A stretch of DNA of 64,000 nt from Candidatus Bathyarchaeia archaeon (GTDB taxonomy: Archaea > Thermoproteota > Bathyarchaeia > Bathyarchaeales > Bathycorpusculaceae): positions 32,001 through 96,000 of the forward strand of contig JAVZLH010000002.1 in NCBI GenBank assembly GCA_038883855.1, in the 5' to 3' direction. The notes below the pieces were generated by a model, which was not told the DNA's origin, ran no database searches, and saw only the letters and a list, made by a program, of their open reading frames with translations. Numbering within the stretch: the stretch's first letter is position 1; the number at the start of each line of letters is the position of its first letter. The translations under genes were made by a program, and so were the position numbers. Below are positions 21,585 through 29,526 of the stretch, piece after piece.

Positions 21585-23189
21585 CTAAGCCAATATGCTT
21601 TCCAGAACTCCGTTGGACGCTTCCTCAGGCAATGGTATGCCAGTAACCTTTGAGGCCCTTTCCGATAACGAAACTAAATCGCTTCTATCCAGTAGATTGA
21701 GTTTCCATTTCCTTGCCCCGGCCATTAGCTGCTGCAGGCCAACCTTTATCCTATCCAGATAAGTGTAGAGTCCAACTGCGCCCCATGGCACCTCTTTAAA
21801 CTTGTCGCCCAGCATGTTTTGCAGGTCTGGAACACCTATAAAAAATTTCTCAGGCATACTGCCAAAAAGTTCTTCGAAATACCTTGGTAACAGCCCTTTC
21901 TGAGCCAAATCAGCAAAGTGGGATGATTTCATAACCGCAGTTAAGGGTGCCCTGCCCATTAATATTGCCTTCACATACGGTCCATCGCCAAAGTTGCTCA
22001 TCGCAATAGCTTTAAATATTTGAGTCTCGTCTATGAAGCCTCCCGCCATAACTATGTCAGGAACAAACCTCCCCTTCTTACTGAGAATTTCTGCACATTT
22101 CAAAACCTGTGCCTCTAGATAAACTGTTGGCGTGCCCATTTCGTTCATCATTGGAACAGGGCTCATCCCTGTGCCTCCGCTGGCACCGTCAAAGACCACG
22201 TAGTCGATTTTAGCTTCGGAAGCCACTTTCATGGTAAAGGCAACAGCTTCTGGACTGTAGGCTCCTGTTTTTAAACTTACCTTCTTAGCACCTTGCTCTC
22301 TTAGCCATTCGACATCTTCAACGAAGCCTTTCTCTGTTGGCATGCCGACGCGACTGTGCCTTTCAAAGGTTTTAAAGACTCCTTGTTTGAAGGCTTCCTG
22401 AACTTCGGGATCTTCAGGGTCAGGTATGACTATGTATCCTCTTTTTTTCAGCATTATAGCCTTTTGCAGATCGCCAACTCTAACTTCGCCTCCAATTGCT
22501 TTGGCTCCTTGACCCCACTTCCGCTCGATGATGTTTACCTCAAGCTTTGAAATCGCGTAGACATCAACGCCAAGCCTCTGATCCTCAACGTTGGTTTGCA
22601 CCGCAATATCACCATATTTCCCATCCCAAAACCTTCTGAAAGCCTCAACTCTCCTTTTAAGCTCGTGTGAAAAGACAACTTTGCCGCTTTCAATTCGGGC
22701 CTCCGGATCCATTCCACAAACGTTCTCTCCAATGGTCACTATTATTCCTGACAAAGCTCCGCCCACCGCTAACCCATCCCAGTTTAGCCTAGCTACATCT
22801 GTTGAACCGTAGGCGCCTATTATTAGAGGGATCTTAAGCGGTACACCTCCAACTTTTGTTTCAATTTCAACGTTTGGAAATATCGCCACATCAGAGTTTT
22901 CATCTATGCCGTTAGCACCCAAAAGCCTCGATTGAATATTAAAATGAGACCAGTCTAAGCCGTAGTCCTTCAAAGCCCCAGCCGTGCTATTTCCAAACAT
23001 GTTGGGATCGGGATAAAGGGCTTCCCTACCTCTAAACGCCGACAATGAAACTTCGCATAGAACTGGGCATTCTTTAACGCATATCGGACACAAACCGCTG
23101 GTTGGGCAGACATCTTCAACCCTAGCCCTAGTTCTAGTTGTCGACATGGAGTTCAAATACGAGGAGTTTCTATGAATTGGGAACGGCAC
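21585..23189 (-). CDS. Stand-alone FMN-binding glutamate synthase family protein (no amidotransferase domain)
   Basis: N-terminal CPTSGLCPICVKECPVLC, IGENVCG, KWGQGAKAIGGE, DGASGGTGMSP, AGG. Confidence 0.88.
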   Translation of the reverse strand: MPFPIHRNSSYLNSMSTTRTRARVEDVCPTSGLCPICVKECPVLCEVSLSAFRGREALYPDPNMFGNSTAGALKDYGLDWSHFNIQSRLLGANGIDENSDVAIFPNVEIETKVGGVPLKIPLIIGAYGSTDVARLNWDGLAVGGALSGIIVTIGENVCGMDPEARIESGKVVFSHELKRRVEAFRRFWDGKYGDIAVQTNVEDQRLGVDVYAISKLEVNIIERKWGQGAKAIGGEVRVGDLQKAIMLKKRGYIVIPDPEDPEVQEAFKQGVFKTFERHSRVGMPTEKGFVEDVEWLREQGAKKVSLKTGAYSPEAVAFTMKVASEAKIDYVVFDGASGGTGMSPVPMMNEMGTPTVYLEAQVLKCAEILSKKGRFVPDIVMAGGFIDETQIFKAIAMSNFGDGPYVKAILMGRAPLTAVMKSSHFADLAQKGLLPRYFEELFGSMPEKFFIGVPDLQNMLGDKFKEVPWGAVGLYTYLDRIKVGLQQLMAGARKWKLNLLDRSDLVSLSERASKVTGIPLPEEASNGVLESILA

Positions 23190-23222
23190 ATTTCAACCCT
23201 CACACCATTCGATCAATTGCCA

Positions 23223-23240
23223 TCGGTAACCTATTGCCGA
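23223..23240. promoter_or_regulatory. Putative NrpR-type operator
   Basis: TCGGTAA-CCTA-TTGCCGA palindrome ~8 nt downstream of the minus-strand BRE/TATA (GAAACGCTTAAAT). Confidence 0.6.
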
Positions 23241-23431
23241 CATAAAGATTTAAGCGTTTCTGAAACCAAGCCTTAACATTAAATTTTTCACTCAAACGTT
23301 TGATTTCTTCAACTTTTATGTCATAGAGGGACAATCTCTTTTTTGAAAATAAAAGATTCTTCTCTTTTAGCTCAAAAGGGCTTTTTAAGAAGTTACAGCA
23401 AAAAGGGATGTCAAACAGGTTAGGGTGTGTT

Positions 23432-23698
23432 TTAAGGCGGATGGAAAATGGATATTAGAGTTTCTGTATGAACGACATTTGGGTGCTGCTCTACCATTTC
23501 ATAAATTATTTTCTTGAGTTCTTCAAGACTTTCAGCTTCGATGACGATTACGGCGTCAAACCTTCCCAAGACCGAATTAGCCATTTTAACACCCTTTATC
23601 CGTCTAGACCGCACAATCTCTTCGGATGTGCCAGGCTTCATAGTGACCATGACAAAGGCCCTTAAAGCTTTCTTGCGCAAATCTTTACTCGAAGCCAT
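23432..23698 (-). CDS. Stand-alone Lrp/AsnC ligand-binding (RAM) domain protein
   Basis: AFVMV..KPG, SVLGRFDAVIVIEA, VVHTETLI; no HTH. Confidence 0.85.
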   Translation of the reverse strand: MASSKDLRKKALRAFVMVTMKPGTSEEIVRSRRIKGVKMANSVLGRFDAVIVIEAESLEELKKIIYEMVEQHPNVVHTETLISIFHPP

Positions 23699-23724
23699 AT
23701 ACTTTCTCCTCGTATACGCTAAGT

Positions 23725-23952
23725 TTAAAGGGCTAGCGAGGTTTCTGTATGGATTATGTTTGGGTCTTTCTCGATGACCTTGTAGACTATTTCGTTTATG
23801 TCTTCAAGCTTCGGTGCCTCTATGATTACTATGGCGTCGAATCTTCCGTAGATTGAGTCGGCTTGAGCAACTTCTTTAACGTTGTTTTTTATTCGTTTGA
23901 CAACTTCCTCTGAAGTTCCTGGCTTCGTTTTTATGAATATGTAGGCTTTCAT
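23725..23952 (-). CDS. Stand-alone Lrp/AsnC ligand-binding (RAM) domain protein
   Basis: KAYIFIKTKPG, SIYGRFDAIVIIEA, IIHTETSL; no HTH. Confidence 0.85.
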   Translation of the reverse strand: MKAYIFIKTKPGTSEEVVKRIKNNVKEVAQADSIYGRFDAIVIIEAPKLEDINEIVYKVIEKDPNIIHTETSLAL

Positions 23953-23984
23953 TTTCTCTTATTCCCTCCATTTCCTTTTCTTTT

Positions 23985-25448
23985 TTAATAATCCAAATAT
24001 TTCATTATCTCCCAAGGTGTTACATAGAGACAGTACTGGTTCCAGTCGTTCATTTTATATTCTATAAATGCATCGAATATATGGCTTCCTAAGGTTTGAT
24101 GTATTACTTCGTCGCTTTTCATTTCTTCCAGCGCATCTCTTAGTGTCGTTGGCAGCTCTCTTATTCCAAGGGCTCTCCGCCTTTCCACTGACATTCTATA
24201 TACATCTTCGTCCACGGGGTCGCCGGGGTCAATTTTCTTTTTGACTCCATCAAGTCCTGCGGTTAATAGACACGCGAAAGCCAGATATGGATTGCATGAT
24301 GGATCGACACCACGATATTCCAATCTCTTTTGGTAGGCGAACTCCGGCCCCTTATAATAGACCGGGATGCGCACTAGGGCTGACCTATTGCGGCGGGACC
24401 ACATTATATAAATTGGCGCTTCAAATCCTGGAACCAAACGCTTGTAGGAGTTAACTGTTGGACAGCATACGGCGCTCAAGGCTCTAGCATGCTCCAAAAG
24501 ACCGCCAATGAAGTACCTGCCGGTTTGGCTAAGCTCCGCATATTCATCGTTCTCGTCGTACATCACATTTCCACCGTCTTTCCATAGGGAGACATGCGTA
24601 TGCATTCCGCTAGCGTTGTCAAGGTAAACGGGTTTCGGCATAAAAGTAGCTACTAAACCGTATTTCTTGGCAACATTCTTAGCCACAAACTTGTAATATA
24701 TGGCTCGGTCAGCAGTCTCGACAAGAGGCCCGTATTGAAAGTCTATTTCTATTTGTCCAGCTGTGGCAACTTCATGGTGATGCTTTTCAATTTTGAAGCC
24801 GAAATAATCTTCCAGAATTGAAGATACCTCATTTCGGTATTGTATCGTTGTGTCTTCAGGAGGCGGCCTATAATAAGCTTCTTTCGGTCTTAACACAAAG
24901 TTTCCAGGGGTTATTTCAGGAGACTGTGGCACAACTCTTGGAGGACCCCAAGAATCGCCTTCGCCGCCTTTTGGGCTTACCCAAAGATCCCAAACAAGTT
25001 TTGTCGGATCTATAGATGCGAACACAAAGTATTCAAGTTCGGGGGCCATGAATACTTCGAAGCCCATTTCCTCAGCAGCTTTCACAGCTCTTTTTGCAAC
25101 ATAGCTTCTTGGACACACTTCTGAAGGGCCGCCGCCGTAGGCTTCATGCACATCGCCTAAAATTATGGTGCTTTTCTGGTTTTCATCGGTTTCCCATGGC
25201 AGTATGGCCAGAGTTTTAGGGTCAGGCATGTAGGTCATGTCTGATTCATCTATGGATTTGAATCCTCTCACAGAAGAGCCGTCAAATCCTAAACCTGACT
25301 TAAAGGCGTTCCCTTCAAGGTACTCCCTTGCAGGCACAATCATGTCCTGTAAAAGCCCTCGTATGTCGACGAAAGCTGAATGAACCCAACGTACCTTATG
25401 TTTTTTCAAAAGCTCTAACGCTCTCTTGACATCTTCATCCTCTATCAT
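23985..25448 (-). CDS. glnA: Glutamine synthetase type I
   Basis: FDGSSVRGF, PELEY, HHEVATAGQ, FMPKP..NASGMH, NSYKRLVPGFEAP, RNRSALVRIP, NPYLA. Confidence 0.97.
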   Translation of the reverse strand: MIEDEDVKRALELLKKHKVRWVHSAFVDIRGLLQDMIVPAREYLEGNAFKSGLGFDGSSVRGFKSIDESDMTYMPDPKTLAILPWETDENQKSTIILGDVHEAYGGGPSEVCPRSYVAKRAVKAAEEMGFEVFMAPELEYFVFASIDPTKLVWDLWVSPKGGEGDSWGPPRVVPQSPEITPGNFVLRPKEAYYRPPPEDTTIQYRNEVSSILEDYFGFKIEKHHHEVATAGQIEIDFQYGPLVETADRAIYYKFVAKNVAKKYGLVATFMPKPVYLDNASGMHTHVSLWKDGGNVMYDENDEYAELSQTGRYFIGGLLEHARALSAVCCPTVNSYKRLVPGFEAPIYIMWSRRNRSALVRIPVYYKGPEFAYQKRLEYRGVDPSCNPYLAFACLLTAGLDGVKKKIDPGDPVDEDVYRMSVERRRALGIRELPTTLRDALEEMKSDEVIHQTLGSHIFDAFIEYKMNDWNQYCLYVTPWEIMKYLDY

Positions 25449-25544
25449 GCTAATACACCATTTAGAATCCCGTATATTTTATTTCACAAACATATAAATG
25501 TTTTCCTAATTGATGGAAAAAATTTATATATTTTTTTAATTTAA

Positions 25545-25558
25545 TGAATAAATGTTCA
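25545..25558. promoter_or_regulatory. Putative Lrp-type operator TGAA-N6-TTCA
   Basis: TGAATAAATGTTCA downstream of the lrp TATA box; a second copy lies at 26439-26452. Confidence 0.45.
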
Positions 25559-25588
25559 ATTACAACACTTAGAAGCGAGTGAAATAGC

Positions 25589-26053
25589 ATGCCCGAGAAA
25601 CTGGATGATGTGGATTTTAAGATTCTTAATTTGTTACAGGAAGATTCAAGGCTTTCCTATAACAAAATTGCAGACAAACTTGGAATATCCGTTGGCACTG
25701 CGTACAACCGAATTAAAAGTCTGGAGGAAAAAAGAGTGCTAAAAGGATACACGATTCTAGTCGATCCAAACAAAATCGGTTATAACTTAACGGCGCTCAT
25801 ACTAATTCAGGCTGAAGGAAAACATCTTGTGGACGTTGAAAACGAAATTGCAAAAATGGGCAACATAATATCCGTTTACGATATAACCGGAGATTTCGAT
25901 ATCGCTGTAATCGCAAGATTCAAGGACAGAGATGGCCTAAACCAGTTCATAAAAAGTTTGCTAAGCTTACCATACGTGAAAAGAACTGTAACTAATGTGG
26001 TTCTGAACGTGGTTAAAGAAGACTTCAGGCTGAAAATTTACAACTTTATATAG
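25589..26053 (+). CDS. Lrp/AsnC family transcriptional regulator
   Basis: LDDVDFKILNLLQEDSRLSY..IA..LGIS HTH; YDITGDFD RAM motif. Confidence 0.95.
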   Translation: MPEKLDDVDFKILNLLQEDSRLSYNKIADKLGISVGTAYNRIKSLEEKRVLKGYTILVDPNKIGYNLTALILIQAEGKHLVDVENEIAKMGNIISVYDITGDFDIAVIARFKDRDGLNQFIKSLLSLPYVKRTVTNVVLNVVKEDFRLKIYNFI

Positions 26054-26437
26054 ACTTTGTAAGCTCAAGCTAAGAGCTTAGGGATTTCTATAAATAGCCA
26101 GTCATAATCCCTTCAGGAAGAGGTGTCAAAAATAGGGGGACTCATACATTGTATCTTTTCTATACCCATCTTCGGCCCATTTTGAGGTTTTAGCATGTTT
26201 ACGTTCGTTTCAAGGCTTTTTTAATTCTTCTATTTCTAGATATACTTCTCCTACACTTTTTCATCTAACATTTTTTGCGTCATGGGATCATCCTTTTTAC
26301 TTTATGGAAATTCTGTATAGGCGTACTAACACTCGGCCAACTTTTTAGATATTTGTTTATTAAAAGTAATTGTTAATATAAATATTTCCGATTATCGAAG
26401 GAATAATTTACAAAATTTATAATAATGCTTCGCAATT

Positions 26438-26453
26438 TTGAATGAATATTCAA
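26438..26453. promoter_or_regulatory. Second putative Lrp-type operator
   Basis: TTGAA-TGAATA-TTCAA palindrome. Confidence 0.4.
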
Positions 26454-26610
26454 TAAAAACCTAGCGGTGTTAATTGAAGTTGTTAAAAATGATGATAATT
26501 CCTATTTTTCGATTAGGGACACAGCCGAGAATAAAATACTTTTTTCTTCAGCTTAAGTCGCCAGTCATGTAGAACGGTTGAAATGTTTATATACCGGAAA
26601 AATTAGGTAA

Positions 26611-26628
26611 TAGGCAACCATATGCCTA
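26611..26628. promoter_or_regulatory. Putative NrpR-type operator
   Basis: TAGGCA-ACCATA-TGCCTA perfect palindrome over the predicted TSS, downstream of TTTATATA at 26586-93. Confidence 0.65.
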
Positions 26629-26640
26629 CAAATTGGGTGA

Positions 26641-27087
26641 ATGGATACGAAACGAGTTTACGTCCATGAAGAACTTTGTATGGGCTGCGGGTTGTGCGAA
26701 GTCTACTGTGCAGTTCAGCATTCAGAATCCAAAGATCTTATCAAGGCTTTCAGGAGAGAAACTCCCAAACCAGTCACTCGCATTAAACTACTTCAAGAAA
26801 AGCCTGTATCGTTTCCAGTTCAATGTAAAAACTGCAGCGACCCTTTATGCGTTTCTGCATGCCTATCGGGTGCCATGCGCGTTGACGAGGAAACAGGGTT
26901 AATAATACACGATGAAGAAAGATGCATTGGATGTTTGACGTGCGTCATAGTTTGTCCCGTAGGCGCCGTTAGAATCAACCCAAACAACAGCAAAGTTGTA
27001 ATCAAATGTGACCTGTGCCAAGAAGCTGAAACACCTGCTTGTGTAAAGTTCTGTCCTAATGAGGCGCTAACCCTTGGGGAGGTATAG
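26641..27087 (+). CDS. 4Fe-4S dicluster (CooF/DmsB-like) electron-transfer protein
   Basis: CMGCGLCEVYC, CKNCSDPLCVSAC, CIGCLTCVIVCP, KCDLC..PACVKFCP. Confidence 0.92.
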   Translation: MDTKRVYVHEELCMGCGLCEVYCAVQHSESKDLIKAFRRETPKPVTRIKLLQEKPVSFPVQCKNCSDPLCVSACLSGAMRVDEETGLIIHDEERCIGCLTCVIVCPVGAVRINPNNSKVVIKCDLCQEAETPACVKFCPNEALTLGEV

Positions 27088-27091
27088 TGTG

Positions 27092-28378
27092 ATGACCGAG
27101 TATGTGATCATAGGTTGCTCAGCCGGAGCGGTAGGAGCTGTTGAAGCCATAAGAGAATTAGACCCAGTGGGTGGTATTGCTGTAATAAGTGAAGAACCAG
27201 TTCCCGCTTATTCGCGTCCAATGATAGGCAAATACCTCAGCGAAGAAGTAAACGTAGAAAGTATGATTTTTCCATCAAAGAATTTCTGGGAAAAGCAAAA
27301 AGTTAAGCTATTCCTCAGGAAGAAGGCGGTTAAACTTGACTTGACCCGGAAAAAGGTTGAGCTTGAAGGGGCTGAAAAAATCGGTTTTGACAAACTTCTG
27401 ATAGCAACAGGAAGCAAGCCAATCATACCAAACATCGAAGGCGTAACAAAAAAGGGAGTACACACCTTTACTAGAATAGCTGATGCCGAGCATATAAAAG
27501 AAACTATTCATGTTGTCAAAGCGCAAAAAGCAGTTGTCGTAGGCGTAGGCCTCGTCGGTATAACCGTCACAGAAGCGTTAGACAAGCTTGGATTAAAGGT
27601 CACCATTGTTGGGCGCAGAGACCGTGTTCTCAATCAAGTCCTTGATCAAAAGGCAGCGAAAATCCTTGAGGAAGCAATGCAAAAAGAAGGGGTATGCATC
27701 GTGAAAGGTCGTACAGTTCAACGTGTTTTAGGGAGAAAAGATGACGATGACATTGTTGGCGGCGTCCTTCTTGACGATGGGAGCTCGATAGAATGTGACT
27801 TAGTTGTGTTTGCCGTTGGTGTTGTTCCAAGAACGGAGCTTGTTGTCAACACTGAATTGAAAATCAACAATGGGATTCTGACCGATAGGTTTATGCAAAC
27901 CAGCATTCCCGACATCTACGCTTGCGGGGATGTAGCTGAAACATACGACTTCGTCAGCGGGAAACAGCGAGTTCTTGCACTATGGCCCTTGGCCAGAATA
28001 AGCGGTAGAGTTGCAGGCTATAACATGGCTGGGCTAAAATTTGAATACCAAGGTGGGACATCTATGATCGCCATCAACCATTTTGGAGTTCCAATAATTT
28101 CTGTTGGCTTAACTACCCAAAACGGAGATTTCGAAGGTTATGAAACGCTGGTTTTCCATGATCAAGAAAGAAGGATTTACAGGAAAATTATACTAAAAAG
28201 CGGAAAAATTATGGGTATGACGCTTATTGGAGACGTTGAAAAAGCTGGCGTAATTTTCCACATTATGAAAAACAAAGTTAATGTTGAGGATTTCAAACAC
28301 AAACTCAGAGCCGACAATTTCAGTTTGGCGTCTCTACCTGAAACTTTAAGAAAACAACTTATCTCGGGGGTTTTGTAA
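27092..28378 (+). CDS. FAD/NAD(P)-dependent oxidoreductase (NirB/rubredoxin-reductase-like)
   Basis: IIGCSAG, LLIATGS, GVGLVG, IYACGDVAE; ORF track starts at 27074, ATG at 27092 more likely. Confidence 0.88.
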   Translation: MTEYVIIGCSAGAVGAVEAIRELDPVGGIAVISEEPVPAYSRPMIGKYLSEEVNVESMIFPSKNFWEKQKVKLFLRKKAVKLDLTRKKVELEGAEKIGFDKLLIATGSKPIIPNIEGVTKKGVHTFTRIADAEHIKETIHVVKAQKAVVVGVGLVGITVTEALDKLGLKVTIVGRRDRVLNQVLDQKAAKILEEAMQKEGVCIVKGRTVQRVLGRKDDDDIVGGVLLDDGSSIECDLVVFAVGVVPRTELVVNTELKINNGILTDRFMQTSIPDIYACGDVAETYDFVSGKQRVLALWPLARISGRVAGYNMAGLKFEYQGGTSMIAINHFGVPIISVGLTTQNGDFEGYETLVFHDQERRIYRKIILKSGKIMGMTLIGDVEKAGVIFHIMKNKVNVEDFKHKLRADNFSLASLPETLRKQLISGVL

Positions 28379-29526
28379 TGAATATCACCACTCTCCTAAA
28401 CAATCCTTACAAGGACGACAAAGTCATCGATGCTTGTGGGCTCTTCGGTATGATGGACCTTACTGGGAGACGTTTTGGGTCAAAGGACCCTGTTAAAGCC
28501 ATCTCAAACATGCGTGAAAGGGGAAATGGCCTTGGAGGAGGCTTTGCCATCTACGGGCTTTACCCCGAACACAGGGATGACTACGCATTCCACATAACGT
28601 ATTTGAATACAGAAGCAAAAGAAAAAGTTGAAAGGCTTTTATCACAAAACTTTGACGTTGTCGAAGCCGAAGAAATACCCGTCAATCCAAAAGCGAACGT
28701 TTGGAATCCTCCTCTAATTTGGCGATATTTCCTCCAGCCAAAGAAGGGTGCTGTCAAATGTCAACAAGACGATGAATATGTGTTCTATAACGTTATGAAG
28801 ATCAATACCGAGTCAAGTGGCGCCTTTGTATTTTCCAGCGGAAAAAACATGGGCGTATTCAAGGGTGTAGGCTTTCCAGAGGATATCGCCGAGTACTTCT
28901 GCCTAGACGAATACGAAGGTTACATGTGGATCTGTCACGGGAGGTTTCCGACAAATACTCCAGGCTGGTGGGGCGGTGCTCACCCATTTAGCATCCTCGA
29001 CTGGGTGGTCGTGCATAACGGAGAACTGTCAAGCTATGGAGCCAACCGAAGATTCCTCGAAATGTACGGTTACCACTGCACAATGCAGACCGACACGGAA
29101 GTCATGGTTTACGCATTAGACTTGCTCGTGAGGAAACAGAAGTTGCCAATGGAAGTTGCCGTAAAAATATTGGCTCCGCCTCTATGGATCGAAATCGACG
29201 CCATGGAACCAGGCAAAAGAGAGTTATATACGGCGTTACGCCAAAGCTATGGCAGCTTACTAATGAATGGGCCCTTTACCATAATCGCAGCCCGTACAGG
29301 AGAAATGATTGGCTTAACGGACCGCATAAAGTTAAGACCGCTTACAGCGGGCATTAGGGGAGATTTGCTCTTTTTGTCTTCCGAAGAATCCGCCATGCGG
29401 GCAGTTGCACCCAATTTGGATAAAGTTTGGGGCCCTCGTGGAGGCGAACTCGTAATTGGGAGACTTAAAGAGATGAGAGCTCCAGAAATTGTGGCTCCTG
29501 AGGTGGGAAGATCAAGAGCTATATAG
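28378..29526 (+). CDS. Glutamate synthase glutamine amidotransferase subunit (GltB1, class II GATase)
   Basis: DACGLFG, ERGNGLGGG, HGRFPTN, HNGE, TDTE, DRIKLRP. Confidence 0.92.
   Translation: MNITTLLNNPYKDDKVIDACGLFGMMDLTGRRFGSKDPVKAISNMRERGNGLGGGFAIYGLYPEHRDDYAFHITYLNTEAKEKVERLLSQNFDVVEAEEIPVNPKANVWNPPLIWRYFLQPKKGAVKCQQDDEYVFYNVMKINTESSGAFVFSSGKNMGVFKGVGFPEDIAEYFCLDEYEGYMWICHGRFPTNTPGWWGGAHPFSILDWVVVHNGELSSYGANRRFLEMYGYHCTMQTDTEVMVYALDLLVRKQKLPMEVAVKILAPPLWIEIDAMEPGKRELYTALRQSYGSLLMNGPFTIIAARTGEMIGLTDRIKLRPLTAGIRGDLLFLSSEESAMRAVAPNLDKVWGPRGGELVIGRLKEMRAPEIVAPEVGRSRAI

Noticed and set aside
25501-25520. TTTTCC-N8-GGAAAA inverted repeat as an NrpR operator
   Set aside because: Orientation is opposite to GGAA-N6-TTCC; it is explained by back-to-back BREs of the glnA and lrp promoters.
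29500-29515. Programmed -1 frameshift fusing GltB1 and GltB2
   Set aside because: No X XXY YYZ slippery heptamer; the SD-plus-ATC or single-substitution explanation is simpler.
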